From the NCBI RefSeq assembly GCF_004010195.1, contig NC_057758.1, positions 3,436,750-3,500,749 of the forward strand: a stretch of DNA of 64,000 nt, given 5' to 3'. A program made the translations under genes and the position numbers. This DNA comes from Chiloscyllium plagiosum (Eukaryota). Below, one piece after another: positions 53,061 to 64,000 of the stretch (positions are counted from its first letter, which is position 1; the number at the start of each line of letters is the position of its first letter). Below the pieces are notes generated by a model. The model did no database searches. It saw only the letters and a program-made list of their open reading frames with translations, and had not been told where the DNA came from.

Positions 53061-54094
53061 GCATCTTGATTTAAGGATATCAGCACTGACACATAAAGTG
53101 GAGATGTACCGTTATGCCAATTGGAAACCAACTTTTCAATCGGCTGAATAAGAAGATTTAGTGTGGAGACGGGGTGACTTTTACCTGAGATGTAATAATC
53201 CATCTGCTATTGCGGCTTCTAAAAGGATGAAATGGTTTATCTAAACTTTGAAATTGCTTCTTCCCAACAGTTCTTGTGCCGTGAAAGAAAACTATTTGCC
53301 TTTTTTGAAATGTCCATGTTCTTCCTGTTAATTGTATACCTGGAACCTTTTCTGAAAATGTCCATGGATAAGCCCCAATGATAAGAGAAACAAAACAATT
53401 TGGCATCTCTGGCCTAACAAGCTAGGTTTCAGTGTGGAACCTTACTTTTCCTGTATGACCACAAGCTGGGATCATTTCAATTTGGAGATCAGAGCGATGC
53501 ACATTTCTCCGAGTGAGGTCAAACGATTGGGAGCAAAATTCTTGGAGAACGGACTAGCTCACATTGAAGCAGGGATGTCAAGAAATCTCCAATGGTGCCT
53601 CACGGGACCATGTGAAACAAACTCTAGCACAGGGCATCAGGCATTGCCTCAACATTATATTGTTTCAAGAAATGGCTTAAAGGCAGAGAGATAGAGAGCG
53701 AGAAATAGACAGCGAGAGACAGAGAGAGAGGAAGAGATAGGCAGAGAGAGGCAGGCAGATAGAGAAGCAGAGACAGAGATAGTGATAGAGGGAAACAAAG
53801 ATTATAAAGAGAAGTTGAGAGAGAGAGGGATAGAGATAGAAAGAAAGAGAGAGAGAAAATGCAGATACGCAGAGACAGAGATAAGGATAGTGATAGAGGG
53901 AAAGCGAGATCATAAAGAGTAGCAGAGACAGAGATAGAGATAGAGAGAAATGGAGAGACAAACGGAGAGACTGAGAGCGACGGAGGCAAAAAAGACAGAG
54001 AAAGAGAGAGGTACAGAAAGAACAAAATGTGTGTGAGAGAGTCAGTGGTGAGGGGAACAGCTTAAAGGAGTTTTAAGGATCATGTTTTCATTGT

Positions 54095-54860
54095 AGTAGC
54101 CCCCTCTCAACGTAAATGCATAGCCTCTCGTATTAGACATTTCAACTCTGGGAAAAAAAAAGATTCTGACCGTTAACTCTATCTATGCATCTAATGATTT
54201 TATAGACTTCGACCAAGTCTGCCCTCAGCCTCCGCCGCTCCAGGGGAAACATTTGATAATGATGTAGAGGTGCCAGTGTTGGACTGGGATAGATAAAGTT
54301 AAAAAGTGGACAACACCAGGTAATAGTCCAAAAGGTTTATTTAGAAGGCTTGCTTTCGAAGCGCTGCTCCTTCATCAGTTCGATGTTGGGTCAGGATCAT
54401 AGGACACATTATGTATCGTAAATGATCTAAGTACTTCCAAATAAAACTGTTGGAGTATAACCCTGTGTTTGTATGATGTTTAACTGAGTTTTCCTGGCCT
54501 CTTCTTTATAGTACATGTCCTCTCATCCAGGCAACATCCGGGTAATCCTCTTCCGCATTCTCTCCATTGCCTTCACATCTTTCAAATAATTGTGGTGATC
54601 CTCATTGAACGCAACATTCAAGCGTTCAAGCAAACTCTTACAAAGCTACAACATGATATCCTGCCTCTGGTACTCATTTACCAGACTAATCAAGGCGATC
54701 CTGCCATATTCATTCTTTCCGACCTAATCTACTGGCATAGCTACTTTCAGGGAGCTATTGACTTGAGTCTCAAGTTCCCACCGTACATCAATGCTGTTTC
54801 AGGTCCCTGTAACACGTCTACTTTACATTTCATCTCCGCAAAAATGCAGCAACTCACGCT
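54095..54860 (-). mobile_element. Degraded LINE 3' fragment interrupted by a Penelope-type relic (~54265-54487) with inverted ends
   Basis: Arms ~54297-54348 and ~54434-54486 are imperfect reverse complements; minus strand reads CTGATGA-A-GGAGC-AGC-GCTTC-GAAAGC at ~54378-54352. Confidence 0.7.
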
Positions 54861-55635
54861 TACCGTCATTCAGTGTGTCGAAGGGTCTGAGATACGGAGA
54901 TCTGAAATCAGGAAATTAATCAGAGGTGTTGCAGAGAGTCCTGAGGGTGGAATAGAAGATGATCTGCTCAGCCATCACCTCCTTCAACAGCGGCACACAC
55001 TGGATGGTCCAAACAGCCTATTTGTATCCCTACACATTATGACCTTAGAAATGTAATGTTCACAGCAGCCTCTCTGGGTGTGTGGGGATGGGAATGGGGG
55101 AGGGAGTGAAGGAGGTCTGATCGGAGTTATAATTCCAATGTCACAGAATCACCCGCAACGCAGAAGGAGGCCGTTCGGCCCGGCTTGTCCATGCCATTTC
55201 GGCAAGTGGGCAGTTCACCCAGCGCCATTCCGCTGCCTCTTCGTCATTTCTTTTCAAATAATCTCTTCCCGGAGGCTTCTGTTCGACCTCCCCAGCTCCC
55301 CATCGGGCAGGACGCTCGTTCCCCAAACCCCTCAGTGCTGGAAGTTTGCCTCCCTCACTCTGTATTTCTGCCTCCTTTACCAATTCCCTGAGCCCTCTAG
55401 TTGTTCAAAATCCTGTTTAAGAAACCGAACACACGGTGACCCAGGAAAGAAGAGCAAGGACGTTTTTGATTGTGCTGCACTTTTTCACCTTAACAGAACC
55501 AACATGAGACGATGCTGAAACAAGCCAAAGCAGCCCTGACCCAAATAAAAGGCAGTACAGGCTGAAAGACGGAATGGCATCCTCGGTTTCTCCCGTTTCC
55601 CCACACCCAGAGTGTTCCCTGCGATTTGCACTGAC

Positions 55636-55732
55636 CTCCCAAATAAATGCCGCTTCGCAGTTCCCTGTCAGCAGTGTTGGGCTGCGCCATCACCAAGGCA
55701 CAAAGAAGCAATATTGGAGATGTCCACATCAT
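55636..55732 (-). CDS. Beta-defensin-like peptide, exon 1 (signal peptide and propiece)
   Basis: MMWTSPILLLCALVMAQPNTADRELRSGIYLG, then donor GAG|GTCAGT at 55635; phase 1 matches the Cys exon; TATA 50 nt upstream of the ATG. Confidence 0.8.
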
Positions 55733-55754
55733 CAGGCTTGCTGCTCCGAGCTAC

Positions 55755-55789
55755 AATGAGCAGGCTGGCACACTGCTGTTGTTTATATG
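55755..55789 (-). promoter_or_regulatory. Core promoter of the defensin-like gene
   Basis: TATAAA 55787-55782; Inr-like TCATT with the A at 55757, 30 nt from the first T of the TATA box. Confidence 0.7.
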
Positions 55790-55839
55790 GAGTCAGAGAG
55801 TCTGCTGTCGTTAATCATCACACATGTATGAACTAATAT

Positions 55840-58800
55840 GCACGCACACGCACGCACAGACACACACACACACAGGCACAGATACACACACGTGCAGACA
55901 CACAGACACACACACACACCAAGACACACACCCCTACAAACACATACACAAGGACACAAACACACACACCACCCCCACAAACACACACACCCCACACAGA
56001 AACACACAGAGAAACACACCGAGAGAACACAGATACACACCCAGACACACACGCTACCCCTCACACGCACACACACGAGCACACAGACACACACCCATGC
56101 ACAGGCACCCACACACATACGCAAACACCCACACCTCCCCCACACACTCACACACACACCACACATACACACCCCACATACACAGCACCCCGCTGTTGTT
56201 TAAAAAGAATCAGTCTCCCGTGGGTAATAATCACACATGTGAATCAGCAGAGCTGTAACTCAGTTCCCCAACCGTCAGGATGGCTTCAACCATGATCTTG
56301 GTTGCTTGTCACACTACAGGTAACCCCACAAGCATGAAATACTCCTCCCATACGCTCTTACAACAATCAAACATGCACACTTACACACTCTCACACTTAC
56401 ACTCACAATTGCACACACACTCACAGTCGTCCTCTCACACACTTTAACTGTCACATTCACACATTCATACACACACTCACCCAATCACACACATATTCAC
56501 ACAGACCCTCCCAAATCCTCACACACTTAAACAGACCCTACATAGACACACTCATATCCTCACACAAAGACACACGTGCTCACGCACACACTCACAAACT
56601 CACAGTCACACTGTCAAAGACACCCACACATTCACACTCGCGCTCACACACGAAAGTACATCCTCACACACGGACACGCACACACAGATACTCAAACACC
56701 CACTCACACAGATGCGCCTCCCACACACTCACACTCACACACAAACACACACACTCGCACTTACACAACAAATTCACAAAAAGTCTTTAAACAGCGCCTT
56801 CCAAACTCACTGCCACCTTCAACTAGAAGGACAATGTCTGCAGGTATTATGGAACACTACCCTCGGCAAGTTCCCCTCCATTTCAATCACAACGCTGACA
56901 CCCAAGTGCCACAAATGAATGAAAAGATCTTCCACCCACACTCACACACAATTGGTACAAACCCTATTTCCACACGTGCGCTTGCACTCACGTACACACT
57001 TACACAGAGGCCCTCCCCCACAGACACTCACACACTTGCATACAGTTTTACACTCTCCCACGCACACTCACATATGCACATGCAAACTTACACAAACCCT
57101 TCTTCTACACACGCATAAACTCAAACACAATAACACACTCTCCCATATAATAACACAAACTGACCGACACTCTCCAACACTCACACACTTGTGCATACTT
57201 ACACAAATTGTCCTCCAACACTCACACACACTCACACACAATTGCGCAGACCCTCTTCCATACACTAACTCACTCAGACCGCTTATTCAGACTCTTTCCC
57301 ACACAGACACTCACATATATACACGCACACAAACTCCTCCCCCACACACTGTCACTCACACACAATAGCACAGATCCTCTCCGACAAACTCACACATGCA
57401 CAGACGCTGACAGAGAACCTTTCCCACACTCTCACCATCACACACTAAGTCAGAAACTCTCCCACACTCACACACACTTACACAGACCCACTCCCACACT
57501 CTCACATTCACTCTTACACANNNNNNNNNNNNNNNNNNNNNNNNNNNNNNNNNNNNNNNNNNNNNNNNNNNNNNNNNNNNNNNNNNNNNNNNNNNNNNNN
57601 NNNNNNNNNNNNNNNNNNNNNNNNNNNNNNNNNNNNNNNNNNNNNNNNNNNNNNNNNNNNNNNNNNNNNNNNNNNNNNNNNNNNNNNNNNNNNNNNNNNN
57701 NNNNNNNNNNNNNNNNNNNNNNNNNNNNNNNNNNNNNNNNNNNTCACACACAACCTCACACACACTCTCACACAAACTCACACACACACACTCACACACA
57801 CTCTCACACACACACTCACACACACGTACATTCTCACACACTCTTGCACATAACCTGTCACACACTCACACTTACAACACACTTGAGCACACTTACATAG
57901 ATCATCCTCCCACAATCACACACTCACACAATCACATACTCAATCACACTTGCATGAAACCCCACCCGCCTCCACATGCACACATACACACACACACTCA
58001 TACACACACACACACACACACACATTCACTCTCTGTCTCAGTCACATTTACACAGACTGTCCTCCGGCAGGTCCATACACAAACTAACACAGAATCTGTT
58101 CCCCTACTCACATATTCAAACACTTACGCAGATCTTCCTCCGATATTCAATCTCACACACACTTAAAGAGACCCTTTCCCAGACATTCACACACAGACAC
58201 TCAAACACGTACACAGACCCTCCAACCACACATACACATGTAGACGTACATGCACTTACACAGACCTTTGCATGCACACACTCAAACACACATATCATTC
58301 ACTTACAGAGCCCCTCTTCCCATGCATTCGCACTCACACATTGGCACACGCTTCCACAGACCCTCTCCAACACGCTCACATCTACATAAAATCATTCACA
58401 CATACTTACACATACAGTTACACAAACTTACACAGACCCTCCTCCAACACTCTCACAATCACACATTGATACATATTTCCACTGCTTCTCACCCAAACAC
58501 TCACAGACACTCACAAATGTTCAAACACACTGGCACACAGAGGGACACACACTTCCACAGACTCTCCTGGCATGCACTCACATTCAGATACACTTACAGA
58601 GCGCTCATGCACATATTTACACTGAAACATTAACTTAAACATACATATTCACTCATGCGTACACTCACACATACACACACCCTCTGCCCACTCTCATGCT
58701 CACGCAGCTACAGAGTCTCTCTCGCACAGAGACACACTAACGTATTGACACACACATACACAAACCCTCCTCCCACACACTCATATTGACACAAAAACAA

Positions 58801-61800
58801 ATCATACAAACTTACACAGAGCTGCCTCCCACGCTCACACAGTTACACAGACTCACACCTGCATAGCCCCATCAGCCACAGACACACTCACACACCTATA
58901 CAGACCCTCTCACACGCACACTCACGCACACTTACACAAACTCACCTCCACTCACACAAATTTACGCACACGTTCCACTCTTACACACTTACACAACCTC
59001 TACCATACACTCAGAATCACACACACTTACACAGGCCCCCGTGCCACACTCACAGATGCACCCACACATTCTTAAACGGATCTTTTCATGTACTGTCACA
59101 TACACACACACACACTTACAAAGATCCTCCAATCATGTGCACTCACATACATGCATGTACAAAGCACACACGCTTGCACAGACCCTCCAACACACTGACA
59201 TTCACCGTCGCCCATAAAACAAACACTTGCTCACACTCACATATACACACAGACTCTCACACATACTCATTGTCTCATACAAACTTTACTGATGCGCCTC
59301 CCACTCACACACACCCTCACACTCATATATACACATGCACGCTGAAACAGTTTCTCCACCCACACACTCATATTCACACACACTGACACATACTGACACA
59401 CACTTCCACCGACCCTCTCCCATGCATTCACACTAACACACACTCCTATGTGTTCACACAAACTCACATACAGTCACGGACACTTACATAGACGCTCCTC
59501 CCACACACTCACATTAACACTCGCATATGCACATGTACACTACTACTGGTCCTCTCACACACACCGAATCACACTAACATATACAGAATTACACAGACTA
59601 TCCTTCCACACATTCTTTCACACTAGCATACCCATACACAGACCCTCCTTCCACAGACATGCACTCACATGCACATTCACACTTGCACAGTCTCTCCTCC
59701 CACACTCACAAGCACTTACACAAATCCTCTCCCACACACACATTTACAATTACACAGGGCCTCCTCTAACAAACACTCAAATCGCACAGAACTTGTTCAC
59801 ATAGTCACTCTACCACACTTAATTATGCAGACCCTCCTCCCACACATGACACACTCACTGACACACACACATATACACTTACACAGACCCTGTCCCACAC
59901 ACACACTCACAATTACACAGGACCGCCTCCCATACACTCACACTCAATTATACAGGCCTTGTTCCCACAGAGACACACTCTCACACACTCACATATATAC
60001 ACATGCACTTACACAGAACTTCCACCATACACTCACACGTGCACACGCACATACAAGCAAACACAATTGCAAAGTCTCTCTCTCACACACACGTACACAC
60101 ACTCGCACACACTTAAGCAGACATTCCTCCCCTACACTCACACACGCTCAAGCACTCATAAGCACATTCAGACACCCTCTCTCACACGCTCACACACACT
60201 TACACAGACCGTCTCACACACACACACACACATAGTCATGTCTACACATATTTGCACGGACCGTCCTCCCACAAGTACGCTCATTTACACAGGCGCTCGC
60301 ATACGCGAATGCACACACACTTACGCATACATACACAAACTTGAACAGACTCTCTTCCACAAACTCGCAGTCACACAGACTACCATGCACACACACTCAC
60401 AGCCTCTGCCCACGCACGCGCACAGTAACACATACATACACACACTCACAGACTTTTTCCCACGAACTCACACTCACTCACATACACACACACTTGCACG
60501 ATTTGTCTCCCACACAAATATACTCACTCACACTCACATATACTCACACAAGCTCCCACTGTCACATAAGATTACACAGATCATCTACTCAAACACTTAC
60601 ACATACACACTCACACACACTTACTCAGACCATTTCCCATACGCACTCAAAAACACGACACGCACTTACACAGTCCCTCCTCCTACAATCACACTCACAA
60701 ACACTGGCACACTTTCACAGACCCTCCTCCCACATACATGCACTCACACAAATTTACGCAGACTTTCCTCTCCTACACACACTTACACAACCTCTACCAT
60801 GCACTCAGACTCACACACACTTACACAGACCCTCGTGCCACACTCACAAATGCACTCACATATTCTTACACGGATCTTTTCATATACTGTCACACACACA
60901 CACACACTTACAAAGATCCTCCTATCATGTGCACTCACGTATATATGCGTGTACAAAGCACACACGCTTGCACAGACCCTCTCCAACACACTGACATTCA
61001 CTCGCATACACCGTCTCCCATAAAACAAACACTTACTCACACTCACATATACACGCAGACTCGCACACATACTCATTGTCTCATACAGACTTTATTGATG
61101 CGCCTCTCATTCACACACACCCTCACACTCACATAAACACATGCTCACTGACACAGTTTCTCCACCCAGACACTCATATTTACACTCACTGACACATACT
61201 GACAGCACTTCCATCGACCCTCTCCCACACATTCACACTCACACACACTCCTATATGCTCACACAAACTCACATACAGTCACAGACACTTACACAGACGC
61301 TCCTCCCACACACTCACATTAACACTCGCCTATGCACATGTACACTACTACTGGCCGTCACGCACACACACACCGAATCATACTAACATATACATGCACA
61401 GAATTACACAGACTATCCTTCCACACATTCTTACACACTAGCATACCCATACACAGACCCTCCGTCCACACACATGCACTCACATGCACATTCACACTTG
61501 CACAGTCTCTCCTCCCACACTCACAAGCACTTACACAAATCCTCTCCCACACACACATTTACAATTACACAGGTCCTCCTCTAACAGACACTCAAATCGT
61601 GCAGAACTTGCTCACATAGTCACACTACCACACTTAATTATGCAGACCATCTTCTCACACATGACACACTCACCGACATACACTTACAAAGGCCCTGTCC
61701 CACACACACGCTCACAATTACACAGGACCTCCTCCCATACACTCACACTCAATTATACAGACCTTGTTCCCACAGAGACACACAGACTCACACACACACT

Positions 61801-64000
61801 CGCATATATACACATGCACTTACACGGAACTTCCACCACACAATCATAGGTACACACGCATATACAAACAAACACAATTGCAAAGACTCTCTCTCACACA
61901 CACACGTACACACACTCACACACACTTAAGCAGACATTCCTCTCCTACACTCACACACACGCTCAAGCACTCATAAACACATTAAGGCACCCTCTCTCAC
62001 ACGCTCAATCACACTTACACAGACCTTCTCCCCCCCTCCCCACACACACACACTCATGTCCACACACATTTGCCGGGACCATCCTCCCACAAGCAAACTC
62101 ACTTACACAGATCCTCGTATACGCGAATGCACACACATTTATGCATACATACACAAACTTGAACAGACTCTCTTCCACAAACTCACAGTCACACAGACTA
62201 CCATACACACACACACTCACAGCCTCTGCCCACGCACGCACACACTAACACATACATACACACACTCACAGACCTTTTCCCACGAACTGACACTCACTCA
62301 CATACACACACACACTTGCACGATTTGTCTCCCACACAAATATACTCGCTCACACTCACATATACTCACACAAGCTCCCACTGTCACATAAGATTACACA
62401 GATCATCCACTCAAACACTTACACATACACACTCACACACATGCTCAGATCATTTCCCATACGCACTCAAAAACACGACACCCACTTACACAGTCCCTCC
62501 TCCTACGATCACACTCACAAACACTGGCACACTTACACAGACCCACCCCTCCCCTCACCTCTCCACACAGACACAGGAACGCAGACTATCACAGATCCTC
62601 CTCCCTCACTCATACATACTTGCACAGAGCCTCTTCTGCAACACTGACACACACTTACGGAGTCCCTACTCGCACACTCGCACATTCGCACATGCACACA
62701 AACACATCTCCCATGAAGACACACATTTATACAAATCCTTCTCTAATACTCACCCTCTCACATACATGCACATGTTTTCTAACACACAGTCAATCACACT
62801 TGCACAGACCTTCGTTCCACATTCGTACACCCATGATCACACAGTGACACACACTTACACGGATCCACTCCCCATACCCAATTCCCCCCCACACGAACTC
62901 ACATAGACACTGTTACACACATTGACACAAATACTCACACACTCACGCGTGATCACTCAGGCCCTCTACATACGCCCACTAACTCACCCTCATACTTGCA
63001 CAGATCATGGGTCAATGTATTTGTGAGTATGTGTGAGTACATGCAAGCGTGTGGGTTAAGGTGCGATGTAAGTGAATATGTGGCATATGTGAGTGTGTTT
63101 GAGTGTGTGTATGTGGGAGAAGTGTGTAAGTGTGCATGTGTACACGTGAATATGCGTGTGGGAGACAGATAGTCTGTGTCTGTGCGTGTGAATGAGTGTA
63201 GGAGGAAGGTTTCTGTAAGTGTTTGTGAATGGGAGAGGAAGGTTTGCGCAAGTGTATATGTGTAAACAGGTGAGTGTGTGTATGGAGCCGGTGTCTGTGC
63301 AAGTGTATATGAGTGCTTCTGGATGGGTGGGATGCCAGTCTGTGTAAATCTGTTTGAGTGTGTGAGTGCGTGTGAACGTCAGTGTTTGGGAGAGGTTCTG
63401 TGTGAGTCTGTGTGAGTGTGAGGTTGTGGGAGGAAGTTCTCTGTAAGTATATATCGATACACTCTCACGCACTCACATTTATATTCGCACATTCTCATAC
63501 ACACATACCCATGTAGACTCTTACACAGAAAGTGCACACACGCACACACTCACGCACATATACATGTCCTCTCCCAAACACACTCACATAATCTAAGGCA
63601 GACCCGCCTTCCTCCCTTGCATCCACACTCACTGCCACTTATACAGACCCTCTCTCTCGCTCACACACAATCACAAAGACACACACAGAAACACTCACAC
63701 CCTAACGCACACCTGCACAGGCCGTCCACCAACGCACTGACATTCACGAACAGTCACATGACTTTGCACAGACGTAGAATCCCTAACCCCCACACGCACT
63801 CTCACAAACTCACTTATGCAAATGCACACCTCACACAGTCATTCTGACACAGAATCTCCATCTACATTTAGATACTCGCACTCACACATCTGTACATGCC
63901 CTCTCTCCCACACACACACTCACCGAGATTCAAACACATTTAGGCAGAACCTCCTCCTGCACTCACACAAATACTTACATTGACTCACGCCCACACACAA
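55840..64000. repeat. CA-rich low-complexity array with higher-order structure; gap N 57521-57743
   Basis: Recurrent CACTTACACAGACCCTC motif; ~1.8-kb tandem duplication 58950-62545; strand-flipped block ~63005-63457. Confidence 0.92.

Noticed and set aside
55783..63847. Long His/Thr-rich and Cys/Val-rich ORFs (e.g. 59959-61023)
   Set aside because: Translation artefacts of stop-poor CA/TG low-complexity DNA

Overview
Repeat-rich vertebrate DNA, almost certainly from a cartilaginous fish (shark). This is inferred from the HE1-type V-SINEs, CR1/HER1-type LINEs with (TTCTATG)n-like tails, Penelope relics and the GPCR type. A large part of the window is nested retroelement debris, a ~33-bp satellite and CA/CT low-complexity tracts. 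Two host genes can be reconstructed by splicing. (1) A two-exon GPR139/GPR142-like class A GPCR on the minus strand (28126-27892 joined to 9852-8951, 378 aa, 18-kb intron). (2) A small secreted beta-defensin-like gene on the minus strand whose Cys exon is absent from the ORF track: TATA 55787-55782, signal-peptide exon 55732-55636, six-cysteine exon 52434-52316, AATAAA 52177-52172. Decayed paralogs of it lie at 29146-32540 (+), ~33785-33885 (+) and possibly 5558-5666 (+), suggesting a defensin cluster under birth-and-death evolution interleaved with the GPCR. Other notable structure: an 81-bp hammerhead-motif mini-insertion with a 10-bp TSD, a Penelope copy inverted inside its GIY-YIG motif, a solo LTR, a perfect 188-bp inverted repeat, and an orphan CCAAT/kappaB/TATA promoter. 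All calls were made by eye; no database searches were run.
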